Under the pieces are notes generated by a model that saw only the letters and a list, made by a program, of their open reading frames with translations, had not been told where the DNA came from and ran no database searches. DNA of 64,000 nucleotides from assembly GCA_030739735.1 (NCBI GenBank), contig JASLYQ010000001.1:159633-223632 (forward strand), read 5' to 3'. Shown piece after piece: positions 1-10,927 of this stretch (the first letter of the stretch is position 1; the number at the start of each line of letters is the position of its first letter). Source of the DNA: Alphaproteobacteria bacterium (GTDB lineage Bacteria; Pseudomonadota; Alphaproteobacteria; UBA7887). A program made the translations under genes and the position numbers.

Positions 1-1662
1 CGCAAAAAGCGCACTATCACGGTTAGCGATAATGGCATCGGCATGAGCCATGACGAGTTGATCGCTAATCTCGGGACGATCGCGCGCTCTGGCACCGCCG
101 CCTTCGTCGAGCAGATGACCGGCGAGGGCGCCAAGGATACGAGCCTGATCGGCCAGTTCGGCGTCGGCTTCTACAGCAGCTTCATGGTCGCCGATCGGGT
201 GACGGTGACGAGCCGCGCCGCCGGCAGCAACAAGACCTGGCGCTGGATCTCGGACGGCAGTGATGCCTTTACGCTAGAAGCCGTTCCGGAGCAGGCGCGC
301 GGCACCACCGTGAAGCTGCATCTGCGCCGCGGCGAAAACGAGTTTCTCGAGTCCGACCGCCTGCGCAGCATCGTCACCACTTATTCCGACCACATCGCTA
401 TTCCCATCTGCTTTACCAAGGACGATGGCGAGGCAGAGACGGTCAATACCGCCTCCGCGCTCTGGATGCGGCCCAAGAAAGAGATCTCGCAAGAGCAGTA
501 CACCGAGTTCTATCACCACGTGGCGCATGCCTTCGACGAACCCTGGCTAACCCTGCATAACCGCGCCGAGGGCAGACTGGAATACACCAACCTGCTGTTC
601 GTGCCGAAGACACCGCCGTTCAATCTATTCGATCCTGAGCGCAAGCATGGCGTCAAGCTCTACGTCAAACGGGTCTTCATCACCGACGAATGCGAGGGTC
701 TGGTGCCAGCTTGGCTGCGTTTCCTGCGTGGCATCGTGGACAGCGAGGACCTGCCACTCAATGTCAGCCGCGAGATGCTGCAACACAGCCCCGTGCTGGC
801 GCGCATCGGTAAAGCGCTTACCAAGCGCGTGCTGACCACCCTGGAAAAGAAGGCAGAGAAGGAGCCCGAGGCCTATGCCGAGTTCTGGGAGGCCTTCGGC
901 GCCGTGCTCAAGGAAGGCCTGTACGAAGGCGGCGATTGGCGCGATACGCTGCTCAGCTTATTTAGGGCGCCCGGCGCCCGTAGCCAAGGCCTGGTCGGGT
1001 TCGCCGATTATGTCGCGTGCATGAAAGACGGCCAGGACGCCATCTATTACATCACAGGCGAGGACCTGGAGGGCTTACGCCACAGTCCGCAACTCGAAGG
1101 TTTCGTCGCGCGCGGGCTCGACGTGCTCCTGCTGAGCGATCCCATTGACGAGTTCTGGGTCACCGCCGTACCTGACTACAAGGGCAAGCCCTTTAAGTCG
1201 ATTACCCGCGGCGACATCGACCTGTCTACCGTCAAGGGCGATGACGGCGATGTCAAGGCAGAGGAGAAGCCGCCGCTCGCAGAAGGCATGAGCGAACTCG
1301 TCGTGGCGCTGCGCGAAGCGCTTGGCGAGGCCGTAAAAGATGTGCGCACCTCCGAGCGACTAACCGACAGCGCGGTCTGTCTGATCGCCGACGAAGGCGC
1401 GCTGGACATGCGCTTGGAGCGCCTGCTACGCGAGCACAAGCAGCTCGGCCAGGCGGCCCAGAAAATTCTGGAGATCAACCCGCAGAACCCGCTCATTACA
1501 TCGCTCGCAGCGCGTGCCAAGGCCTCACCAACAGACCCAGCGCTAGCCGACGCTGCTCAACTCCTGCTTGACCAGGCCCGCATCATCGAAGGTGAACCGC
1601 TCCCGGACCCCGCCGCCTTCGCCAAGCGCATGACCGACGCCATGGCGCGTGGACTGGCATAA
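1..1662 (+). CDS. htpG: Molecular chaperone HtpG (Hsp90 family), 5'-truncated by window edge
   Basis: Frame is open from nt 1 (RKKRTITVSDNGIGM... upstream of the first Met at 43). Hsp90 middle and C-terminal motifs (IGQFGVGFYSSFMVADRV, dimerisation region) are present. TAA stop at 1660-1662. Confidence 0.9.
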   Translation, partial: RKKRTITVSDNGIGMSHDELIANLGTIARSGTAAFVEQMTGEGAKDTSLIGQFGVGFYSSFMVADRVTVTSRAAGSNKTWRWISDGSDAFTLEAVPEQARGTTVKLHLRRGENEFLESDRLRSIVTTYSDHIAIPICFTKDDGEAETVNTASALWMRPKKEISQEQYTEFYHHVAHAFDEPWLTLHNRAEGRLEYTNLLFVPKTPPFNLFDPERKHGVKLYVKRVFITDECEGLVPAWLRFLRGIVDSEDLPLNVSREMLQHSPVLARIGKALTKRVLTTLEKKAEKEPEAYAEFWEAFGAVLKEGLYEGGDWRDTLLSLFRAPGARSQGLVGFADYVACMKDGQDAIYYITGEDLEGLRHSPQLEGFVARGLDVLLLSDPIDEFWVTAVPDYKGKPFKSITRGDIDLSTVKGDDGDVKAEEKPPLAEGMSELVVALREALGEAVKDVRTSERLTDSAVCLIADEGALDMRLERLLREHKQLGQAAQKILEINPQNPLITSLAARAKASPTDPALADAAQLLLDQARIIEGEPLPDPAAFAKRMTDAMARGLA

Positions 1663-1849
1663 CGTGCAGACCTATCACTGCAGCTGCTACTGTGGCGCCG
1701 TACACTTCGAGATCAATCCCGACTATGTGCAGAATGCTTGGCCCGAGTTCGCGGCATTCAATTCGGTTAATTGGGTCGTCAAGTGCAACCGTGAGAGCCC
1801 GGTAAAAGTGAGGCTGAAGATCTCCGAGGGGCTGCCCATAGTTAATTAA
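1649..1849 (+). pseudogene. GFA-family (glutathione-dependent formaldehyde-activating / CENP-V-like) N-terminal gene remnant
   Basis: 66-aa ORF overlapping the htpG stop. Its N-terminus MDWHNVQTYHCSCYCGAVHFEI matches the N-terminal Cys motif of the intact GFA gene at 62305-62733 (GRCHCGAVSFDI). The second Cys cluster and C-terminal half are absent, and a convergent gene abuts at 1846. Confidence 0.3.
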
Positions 1850-2421
1850 ATCTCGTTGCGCACGCCAAGAATACCGCTGGCGGTTGCAATCTCTTCGGTC
1901 TTGAGACGACGCCCATCCGCCAGCGCTTCTTCGAAGGTCTCGCAGGCCTGATGGCGGGCGAGGCGGCGGGCAATCAGAGTATCGATGTCCTCGCCGCCCG
2001 TGGCAACGTGACCGGCGCGGTAGGCAGCAGCCATGATCTCGGCAAAAGGCGTACCCGTCTTCAGCAGATGCGCATTGGGTCCGAGCACGCGCTCATAGGC
2101 CTTGTTGTACCAGAGCAGTAGGTCGTCAGCCGTATAGATCACGATGACGGTGTCGAGGTCGTGCACGACGGCTTCGTCGAGTGGCGCCTCGTCTTCGGTC
2201 GACAGGCGCAGCAGCCAGACCGCAGCGATCCCCGCCGGCAAGGGTAGAGCCTCAACGTGCGCGCCTTCGACATCGAACGATGTCACAACATTGCCGGATA
2301 TCGCCCCGGCTAGCATCTCCTGCGTCACGTCAACGCCCATCTCGCCAAAGGCCGGACTGGTCCAGAGTCGGACGAAGTCGCCCGCCGTGCCATCGCAAAT
2401 AGCGATTGCCGGCTGGCTCAA
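1846..2421 (-). CDS. hypothetical protein, possibly a stand-alone PAS-like sensor domain
   Basis: 191-aa ORF overlapping the upstream SDR gene stop by 4 nt. Weak PAS-like pattern (…LLLWYNKAYERVLG…). No catalytic motif recognised. Confidence 0.4.
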   Translation of the reverse strand: MSQPAIAICDGTAGDFVRLWTSPAFGEMGVDVTQEMLAGAISGNVVTSFDVEGAHVEALPLPAGIAAVWLLRLSTEDEAPLDEAVVHDLDTVIVIYTADDLLLWYNKAYERVLGPNAHLLKTGTPFAEIMAAAYRAGHVATGGEDIDTLIARRLARHQACETFEEALADGRRLKTEEIATASGILGVRNEI

Positions 2422-3182
2422 AACTGTACACGCTGGGTCAACCCGCCATCAACGATGACATTGCTGCCGGTAATGAAGGCGGCGGCCGGGCTCGCCAGGA
2501 AGACCGCAGCGGCGGCGACTTCCTCGGGCGTGCCCATACGGCCCATGGGATTACGTGCCAGTGCACCCTGATAAATCTCGGGCTGGTTAAGGCGGCGGTC
2601 GTCCCAGACCCCGCCCTCGAAGAAGATGGTGCCAGGCGAGACTGAGTTGGCGCGCACGCCTTTCGGTGCCAACTCATTGGCGAGATTCGAGACATAGGTG
2701 ATCAGCGCCGCTTTAATGGCGTTGTAAGGGCGCGCGCCACCGAAGAACTCGAGCGCGGCGATACTCGAGATGGCGACGATAGCTCCCGCGCCTGCGGCCT
2801 CAAGATGCGCGCGCGTGGCGTCTACGGCATTGAGCGTGCCGAGAATATCGCCCTCGAAGGCCTGCCGCCAGCCGGCCTCATCCTGGGTCAGTCCGAAGCC
2901 GCTGACATTGGCCACGAGAATATCGATACCACCGAAAGCTGTGGCACTGTCATCAGCCCAGCCCACGACAGCATCTCGCTCGCGCACGTCGAGGGCACTA
3001 CCGCTAGCCTGGCCCGAACTGATGCCCGCCAAGGCTTTCACTTCCACCGCCACTGCGTCCGCATTGCGAGCACAGATAGCCACGTCGCAGCCCTCACCAG
3101 CGAGCCCACGCGCGATCGCCTGTCCGATGCCACGCGTGCCTCCAGTGACCAATGCTCGTTTTCCTGCCAGACCAAGATTCAT
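2418..3182 (-). CDS. SDR-family NAD(P)-dependent oxidoreductase
   Basis: N-terminal Rossmann motif ALVTGGTRGIGQAIA. Length 254 aa. Typical SDR catalytic YxxxK region (NAIKAALITYV). Confidence 0.85.
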   Translation of the reverse strand: MNLGLAGKRALVTGGTRGIGQAIARGLAGEGCDVAICARNADAVAVEVKALAGISSGQASGSALDVRERDAVVGWADDSATAFGGIDILVANVSGFGLTQDEAGWRQAFEGDILGTLNAVDATRAHLEAAGAGAIVAISSIAALEFFGGARPYNAIKAALITYVSNLANELAPKGVRANSVSPGTIFFEGGVWDDRRLNQPEIYQGALARNPMGRMGTPEEVAAAAVFLASPAAAFITGSNVIVDGGLTQRVQF

Positions 3183-3200
3183 GTGTCCCTGTCCTTTCTC

Positions 3201-4043
3201 TCAGGTGCCCTTTGTCGCCGGCTTTCTGGTCTCGAGAAAATCGTCGAACTCGGCCTGCGTCTTAGCCGCATTAGCTTTTATCTGCCGCGCCACGTCCTCA
3301 GTCTGAATCATCGCCGCCTGCCAAGTGGCGATGTGGTTTAGGCCGTCATCGATGCTGTGGTCACGGGCATAATTCAGCATTTGCTTGGTCCCGGTAATGG
3401 CCAACGGCGACTTGGCCGCGATATCTGCGCCCATCTCCATCGCCGCGGCGAGTAGCACCTCGGCATCGTCGTGAACCGAATTCACCAGGCCCACCGCGTG
3501 CGCCTCCTCGGCCGACAGTGGCCGGCCCGTATAGGCCAACTCGCGCACCAAGCCGGCGGGCATCAGATGGGGCAGACGCTGCAGAGTGCCTACATCCGCA
3601 GCCATCCCGATATTGATCTCCTGGATGCGGAAATAGGCATCCGCCGAGCACAGCCGAATATCGCAGGCCGAGATGAGATCTACGCCGCCGCCGATGCAGG
3701 CGCCCTGTACGGCAGCGATGACCGGAATGCGGCAACGGTCGATCACGGAAAAGCTCTTCTGCATGTCGAGCACGCTGCGCCGCAGCCGCTCGCCGCGCCG
3801 ACCGGCATCGCCTTCGCAGTCAGCGAAGGATTCCATGACACTGAGTTCGAGGCCGGCAGTGAAGTGGCGGCCGGTCGAGGAGATGATAGCGGCGCGCACC
3901 GCCGCATCGCTGTCGACGGCGTCGAACACCGCAACCATGTCACGCCAGAACGGCAGAATCATGGTGTTGAGCGCCTCCGGCCGGTTGAGTCGGATATGCG
4001 CGACGTGATCTTTGACCGTAAGGGTCAAGGTCTCATAGGGCAT
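3201..4043 (-). CDS. enoyl-CoA hydratase/isomerase (crotonase) family protein
   Basis: 280 aa. Crotonase-fold hallmarks (HIRLNRPEALNTM…, oxyanion-hole region AAVQGACIGGGVDL). Confidence 0.85.
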   Translation of the reverse strand: MPYETLTLTVKDHVAHIRLNRPEALNTMILPFWRDMVAVFDAVDSDAAVRAAIISSTGRHFTAGLELSVMESFADCEGDAGRRGERLRRSVLDMQKSFSVIDRCRIPVIAAVQGACIGGGVDLISACDIRLCSADAYFRIQEINIGMAADVGTLQRLPHLMPAGLVRELAYTGRPLSAEEAHAVGLVNSVHDDAEVLLAAAMEMGADIAAKSPLAITGTKQMLNYARDHSIDDGLNHIATWQAAMIQTEDVARQIKANAAKTQAEFDDFLETRKPATKGT

Positions 4044-4162
4044 GCTGGCTCGACCTTTTGGGACATACGACAGCGCTAATCATATCGCACGGCGCCAGAT
4101 ATTGAAGTCAACGAAGTCGAGGCAGTTGAGGCAGCGTCAGCGAGAGCTTGAGTCCGGGCGCC

Positions 4163-4666
4163 TCAAGCACGGTCGATCTCGTCGGAGGACAGCTTCACCC
4201 GCACCTCGCGCCCGAGCAGATGCAGCATGACAACCACGCGGTCCGTGTCACCCTCGACCTCCAGAATGCCTTCGAGAGCGCGCATCGGCCCGGATTCGAT
4301 GCGCACCTTGTCACCCGACTTCAGGCCACGGGCAAGCGTGTAGTGACCATCCTCATCGGCGCGCGCGCGCAGCGCATCAATCACCGCATCGGCTAGCGCC
4401 AACGGGCCGTCGCCGCTACCTACCAGATCGGCGACGCCATAAGTCGAGAGCACGGGGCGCCACTGCTCGCCATCGAGGTCCAGGACGACAAAGAGATAGC
4501 GCGGAAACAAAGGCCGCAGCACCTGTTCACTACGTCGGGCACGACGACGCTGCTTGCGGTAGAGCGGCAGCCAGGCCTCGAAGCCCTGGCGCTTAAGGTT
4601 CTCCAGCGCCCGCGCCTCCGCATGGAGCCTAGTGTGGACGGCATACCAGCGCTTTCCGGCGCTCAT
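4163..4666 (-). CDS. NusG-family specialised transcription antiterminator (RfaH/UpxY/LoaP-like paralog)
   Basis: 167 aa. NGN-domain start WYAVHTRLHAE. C-terminal KOW-like segment KSGDKVRIESGPMRALEGILEVEG. ATGA stop/start overlap with the upstream DUF218 gene. Confidence 0.75.
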   Translation of the reverse strand: MSAGKRWYAVHTRLHAEARALENLKRQGFEAWLPLYRKQRRRARRSEQVLRPLFPRYLFVVLDLDGEQWRPVLSTYGVADLVGSGDGPLALADAVIDALRARADEDGHYTLARGLKSGDKVRIESGPMRALEGILEVEGDTDRVVVMLHLLGREVRVKLSSDEIDRA

Positions 4667-5448
4667 GAACCAGGCTCCAAATCAGCCATGACGATGTGGC
4701 CGTTGATCAGGTACCAAAGAATGCCAAGATATTCGTGCAGGGCGGCACGGCTACCGGCCAGGCCTGCGGCACTGGGCAGATAGGGCGCTAGCACACCGAG
4801 TGGCTGTCGAGGTGATGCGTGCGGGGCCGGCGCATGGGCACTCACCGTGAGCCCCACATGGCGCAGGTTCGCCGCCATGCGCGCAACATGAACGGGCGAG
4901 GTGACGAGCACGATGTGCGTGCCGCCGAGACGCTCGGCGATGGTACGCGCTGCCGCTGCCGTCTCGGCGCTATTGCGCGCGCCAGATTCGAGCAGAACTG
5001 TCGGGTCATCAGGCCGGTCGGAACCGATCATGCCAAGTTGGCGAGCGACGCTGACAGCCTCCGTTTCCGCCTCGCCGAGTGGGCTGCCGCCGATCAGCAC
5101 CAGGGGCAGGCTGGTGCGCTCGGCCAGCGCCTGGCCGGCCACTGCGCGGCGGATGCTGGCCGACGACGGCCACCAGCCACCTTGCGAATCGGCGAAAATA
5201 CCGGCCGTCGGCACCACGATGGCCACGGCATCGCCTGGCGTTGCGACATCAAAGGACGGCGCCGCCTCGCCGAGCTGGGTCTCGAGCCAAGTCGCGACTA
5301 GTGGCACGCTGAGGCCGAGAAAGGCGAGCGTCGCACCTCCAATCAGCACCAGGCTCCAGCCGCGGTGCAACCACAGAACAAGGCCCAATAGCAGCATTGC
5401 CAGAATCGGCATAGGCAGGGTGAGCAGGGTCTCAGTCACCTCTCGCAT
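4663..5448 (-). CDS. DUF218 (ElyC/YdcF/SanA-family) membrane-anchored protein
   Basis: The six-frame ORF runs to 5865, but the credible start is the Met at 5448 (MREVTETLLTLPMPILAMLLLGLVLW, an N-terminal TM helix). The DUF218 core is present (LVLIGGSPLGEAETEAVSVARQLG…LLESGARNSAETAAAART…VLVTSPVHVARM). Confidence 0.7.
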   Translation of the reverse strand: MREVTETLLTLPMPILAMLLLGLVLWLHRGWSLVLIGGATLAFLGLSVPLVATWLETQLGEAAPSFDVATPGDAVAIVVPTAGIFADSQGGWWPSSASIRRAVAGQALAERTSLPLVLIGGSPLGEAETEAVSVARQLGMIGSDRPDDPTVLLESGARNSAETAAAARTIAERLGGTHIVLVTSPVHVARMAANLRHVGLTVSAHAPAPHASPRQPLGVLAPYLPSAAGLAGSRAALHEYLGILWYLINGHIVMADLEPGS

Positions 5449-5550
5449 TTCGAGCTTTTTCTCCCTCGGCGCCGCGTTGCAAGCTGCGGCCCGCTCCCAT
5501 ATGGTACAAGGGTCCTGACCACTCCCTGGTTCGCCCACACACTGCCAAGT

Positions 5551-7029
5551 ATGACTCAGCCGAGTGAAAATGCCGAGCCCAGCGGCAAACGCGCGAGCCT
5601 TAGCGCGCGCAAGCGGAAGGCGCTCGCCCTGGCCGAGGCGGTGGCCAGCGAGCGCACCGGTTGGATAGCCCGCAATCGGTATTTCTACGACGACCACTAC
5701 CGCTATCTGCGCTTCCTCGTGCCGGAAAGCTCGCACGTGCTCGACCTCAGCTGCGGTATTGGTGATTGCTTGGCGGCGCTGGCGCCGGAGCGCGGCGTCG
5801 GGTTCGACCTCAGCCCGGCCATGATCGAAGTAGCGCGCAAAGAGAACCCGCAGTTCGAGTATCATGTCGGCGACATCGAGTGCACTGCAGCCATCGCCGA
5901 CCTCGAAGGCCCGTTCGACGCCATTATCTTGTCAGACACCATTGGCAACCTCGAAGACATTGAGATCACCATTGAGGCCCTGCACGCGTTATGTGCCCCC
6001 GACACACGACTGATTCTCTGCTATTACTCGCGCGCTTGGCAGCCGCTACTGCGTCTGACCGAAAAGCTTGGCGAAAAGCAACAACAATTACCGCAGAATT
6101 GGCTCAGCACCGAAGATATCAGCGCCCTGTTGCAGCTTGCTGATTTCGAGGTGATCAAGCGCGAATGGCGGCAATTGCTGCCCAAGCGCTGGCTCGGTTT
6201 GGGTTATCTGATCAACCGTACTTTCGGCACGCTGCCTGTGCTGCGGCGCTTCTCACTGCGAAACTATATCGTCGCCCGCCCGCTTCCCAAGCGCACCATG
6301 CCTGCAGAGCTGCCCTCGGCGACCGTGCTCATCCCCTGCCGTAACGAGCGCGCCAATATTGCCGCCGCCATCAAGCGCATGCCACACTTCGCGCCGGAGC
6401 AGGAGATCCTCTACGTCGAAGGGCACTCCAGTGACGGCACCTGGGAGGAGATCCAGCGTGTCATCGAGACTTATCCTGACTGGACCATCCGCGCTGTGCA
6501 GCAGGACGGTAAGGGCAAGGGCGATGCCGTGCGCAAGGGATTCGACGTGGCCGCGGGTGAGGTGCTAATGATCCTCGATGCTGACCTTACCGTACCACCC
6601 GAGACGCTACCCAAGTTTTACCGCGCGCTGGTCGCCGGCAAGGGCGAATTTGTTAACGGCACGCGGCTCGTCTATCCGCTCGAGAAAGAGGCCATGCGGC
6701 GGCTCAACTTGATCGCTAACCGCACCTTCTCGCTGCTCTTCTCATGGCTGCTCAACCAACGCCTGACCGACACCCTGTGCGGCACCAAGGTGTTGACCAA
6801 AGCCCATTATCGCAAGATCGCCGCCGGGCGCGCCTATTTTGGCGAGTTCGATCCGTTCGGTGATTTTGATCTCCTCTTTGGCGCCGCACGCCTGAACCTA
6901 AAGCTGGTAGAGATTCCCATCCGCTATCAGGCGCGAACCTATGGCGAGACCCAGATCTCGCGCTTCGCTGACGGCTGGCTGCTGCTGCGCATGGTCATCT
7001 TCGCCTGGCGCAAACTGAAAGCGCTTTGA
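5551..7029 (+). CDS. bifunctional class I SAM-dependent methyltransferase / family-2 glycosyltransferase (polyprenyl-phosphate sugar synthase-like) fusion protein
   Basis: 492 aa. The N-terminal approx 240 aa carry SAM-MTase motif I (VLDLSCGIGDCLAAL). The C-terminal approx 240 aa are GT2/DPM1-like (TVLIPCRNERANI…, DAD motif in MILDADLTVPP, GTKVL). Confidence 0.8.
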   Translation: MTQPSENAEPSGKRASLSARKRKALALAEAVASERTGWIARNRYFYDDHYRYLRFLVPESSHVLDLSCGIGDCLAALAPERGVGFDLSPAMIEVARKENPQFEYHVGDIECTAAIADLEGPFDAIILSDTIGNLEDIEITIEALHALCAPDTRLILCYYSRAWQPLLRLTEKLGEKQQQLPQNWLSTEDISALLQLADFEVIKREWRQLLPKRWLGLGYLINRTFGTLPVLRRFSLRNYIVARPLPKRTMPAELPSATVLIPCRNERANIAAAIKRMPHFAPEQEILYVEGHSSDGTWEEIQRVIETYPDWTIRAVQQDGKGKGDAVRKGFDVAAGEVLMILDADLTVPPETLPKFYRALVAGKGEFVNGTRLVYPLEKEAMRRLNLIANRTFSLLFSWLLNQRLTDTLCGTKVLTKAHYRKIAAGRAYFGEFDPFGDFDLLFGAARLNLKLVEIPIRYQARTYGETQISRFADGWLLLRMVIFAWRKLKAL

Positions 7030-8018
7030 GCGCCCTGTTAGCGGGGCTCGTTGCTGCCGCGCTGGCCTGGGCCACGACCGGGGCGCTGCGAAAGCTGCTC
7101 ACGGCCAAAGAGATCCTCGATCACCCCAATGCGCGCTCGAGCCACGCGCACCCTATACCGCGCGGCGGTGGCATCGCCGTGATGGCGGTAATTTTGTTCG
7201 GCTGGCTGGCTCTCGGCCTCGCCGAGATCACGCCCTTGCGCCTGATTTGGCCGCTGCTCGGGCTGAGCTTCGGCTTGGCGCTGGTCTCCTGGGCCGACGA
7301 TTTGCGCGGGCTCTCGCCGCTACTGCGCTTTACGGCCCAGATCGCGGCCGTTTCCATTGCACTCTCGACCGTGCCACTCGGTCCACATTTCCCCGGACCC
7401 TTGCCGCTTTGGCTGGCGATCGGCAGCGCCGCACTGGCCTGGCTCTGGTTCGTCAATTTGTTCAATTTCATGGACGGTATCGACACCATCGCTGGTGTCG
7501 AGACTGTGACGATCGCAGGCGGAACCGCGGTAGTCGCAGCCGCCCTCGGCCTGCTCGACGGCAGCTCCTGGCTAGCCGCAGTCGTTGCCGGTGCGGCGCT
7601 CGGCTTCTTGGTCTGGAACCGGCCGCCGGCGCGCATCTTCCTCGGCGATGTCGGCAGCGTGCCACTCGGCTTTCTGCTCGCCTGGCTGCTCCTGTCGCTG
7701 GCCGCCCATGGTGCCTGGGCAGCAGCCTTGATTCTACCCGCCTATTTCCTTACAGATGCCACACTAACCTTGCTACGCCGCGCTTTGCGTGGCGAAAAAC
7801 CATGGCATGCGCATCGCGAGCATTTCTATCAGCAGGCGGTGCAGAAAGGTGCCGGCCACGGCCGCGTTAGCGCCAGTGTGGCGGTGGCTAATCTGGCGCT
7901 ATTCGCCTGCGCGTTGGCCAGCCTGCACGGCCTCAGCGCCGCTATCGCAGCGCTTGCCGCATCGCTAGTGATCGTGCTGGTTTTGTTGTGGTACCTTCGC
8001 CGCGGTGCCACCTGGTAG
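7026..8018 (+). CDS. WecA/MraY-family polyprenyl-phosphate N-acetylhexosamine-1-phosphate transferase (GT4/PNPT)
   Basis: 330-aa polytopic membrane protein with the diagnostic NLFNFMDGIDTIAG motif and the PNARSSHAHPIPRGGG loop. TTG start overlaps the upstream TGA (TTGA). Confidence 0.8.
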   Translation: MSALLAGLVAAALAWATTGALRKLLTAKEILDHPNARSSHAHPIPRGGGIAVMAVILFGWLALGLAEITPLRLIWPLLGLSFGLALVSWADDLRGLSPLLRFTAQIAAVSIALSTVPLGPHFPGPLPLWLAIGSAALAWLWFVNLFNFMDGIDTIAGVETVTIAGGTAVVAAALGLLDGSSWLAAVVAGAALGFLVWNRPPARIFLGDVGSVPLGFLLAWLLLSLAAHGAWAAALILPAYFLTDATLTLLRRALRGEKPWHAHREHFYQQAVQKGAGHGRVSASVAVANLALFACALASLHGLSAAIAALAASLVIVLVLLWYLRRGATW

Positions 8019-9659
<1,641 letters not shown>

Positions 9660-9765
9660 TGCCGATGACGAGCAAGATTCGCCACCGCTGTGGAGCACAA
9701 GGAGGATATCGGACCCGAGAGCTTGCGAATGTTCAGCGCCCGCAAGCCGGCATAGGACGCAATCC

Positions 9766-10596
9766 ATGAACGGCGTTATCTCTTATTACGACGAGCACCC
9801 GATCAACGAGGTACAGATCCGCACGGCGCTGGCGCGCGAGGGCAAGGCGATGCAGAACCTTGTGCCCGAAGACCTCTACGACCACGACCAGGACCATTAC
9901 GGCGGCATCGACGCCACCCGCCGTCTAGCCCTGGTCTGTGGCATTCAGGTGAGCGATCACGTGCTCGACATCTGCAGCGGTATGGGCGGGCCGGCACGCC
10001 TGATCGCGCACGAGTGGGACTGTCAGGTCACAGGCATCGACCTCAACCCCAACCGCACACCCTCAGCTGCCCGGCTGACCGCGCTTGTGGGCCTCGAGGC
10101 GCGAGTGCGCTTCGTGCGCGGTGATGCCACAAGCTTGCCGTTCGGTGCGGAAAGCTTCGACCGGGCGATCGGCCAGGAGGCCTTTCTCCATATCGCCGAC
10201 ACGCGGGCGCTGTTCCGCGAGTGTTTCCGCGTACTGCGGCCGGGCGGGCGGCTTGCCTTCACCAACTGGATCGCGCTCGGCGCTCTGTCGGACGAGGAAC
10301 GGAAAGACCTTGCCAAGGGCATAGCCTTTCGCGGTGTTCATCCTCTGGCAAAATACCGCGGCTTCGTCACCGACGCCGGGTTCGACCCGGTCGAGGCAGA
10401 GGATGTGTCTGCCCATTGGCGCTGCATTCTGCGCGCCCGACTAGAGATGTATCGCAGCATGGAGGCGGATACCGTGGCCCAGTTTGGCGCCGAGCGCCAC
10501 CGCGCCTACATCACCGGTTACGAAATCTTCATCAGTCGCATCGAAGGCAAGAAGCTCGGCGGAGCGCGCTTTGTCGCCACCAAACCGCTAGCATAG
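9766..10596 (+). CDS. class I SAM-dependent methyltransferase (type 11)
   Basis: Motif I ([16 protein letters not shown]), post-I acidic residue (GIDLNP) and motif III (LRPGGRLAF). 276 aa. Confidence 0.8.
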   Translation: MNGVISYYDEHPINEVQIRTALAREGKAMQNLVPEDLYDHDQDHYGGIDATRRLALVCGIQVSDHVLDICSGMGGPARLIAHEWDCQVTGIDLNPNRTPSAARLTALVGLEARVRFVRGDATSLPFGAESFDRAIGQEAFLHIADTRALFRECFRVLRPGGRLAFTNWIALGALSDEERKDLAKGIAFRGVHPLAKYRGFVTDAGFDPVEAEDVSAHWRCILRARLEMYRSMEADTVAQFGAERHRAYITGYEIFISRIEGKKLGGARFVATKPLA

Positions 10597-10918
10597 GAAG
10601 CACACCGCTGGGCGCTCGCTGACGGCCTCGACATCTTCCTCCGCCAGGAAGCGGCCGGTCACCAGCTCGTCGCCCGCAACCGGCCCCCAGGTGTAGGCCC
10701 GCCAGATCTCGAGAGGGTCAAACCAAACGCCGAATTTGCCCTTCGTCTCCCCACAGCATGAAAAGCCGGCAGCACACCTTTCCCCCCGGTGGCGCAGCTC
10801 GCCCGGTCGTGCTCAAGATAGATCGTCGCCCCGGCGCGATAGTCCTCGCACAGGCGCACGAAACCGCCCACGACAGAGACATACTCAGGCGTGAATCCCT
10901 CGAAGAACACAACGCCGC

Positions 10919-10927
10919 TTGGTATAA
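10919..10927 (+). promoter_or_regulatory. candidate extended -10 promoter element (TGGTATAAT) upstream of the oxidoreductase gene
   Basis: A perfect TGnTATAAT lies about 33 nt upstream of a GGAGAGGGGAG ribosome-binding site and the ATG at 10960. No convincing -35, which is usual for extended -10 promoters. Confidence 0.4.

Noticed and set aside
171-1520. Several 60-115-codon ORFs antisense to or nested in htpG (171-380, 274-528, 647-835, 1176-1520). Similar nested ORFs occur inside nearly every gene.
   Set aside because: Open antisense frames of this kind are expected by chance at about 65% GC. Every one overlaps a strongly supported gene, and none carries recognisable motifs.
5449-5865. N-terminal 139-codon extension of the DUF218 ORF reaching into the divergent promoter region
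   Set aside because: The extension is low-complexity Arg/Ala-rich. A Met with a following TM helix at 5448 gives a normal-length DUF218 protein and leaves a sensible intergenic region.
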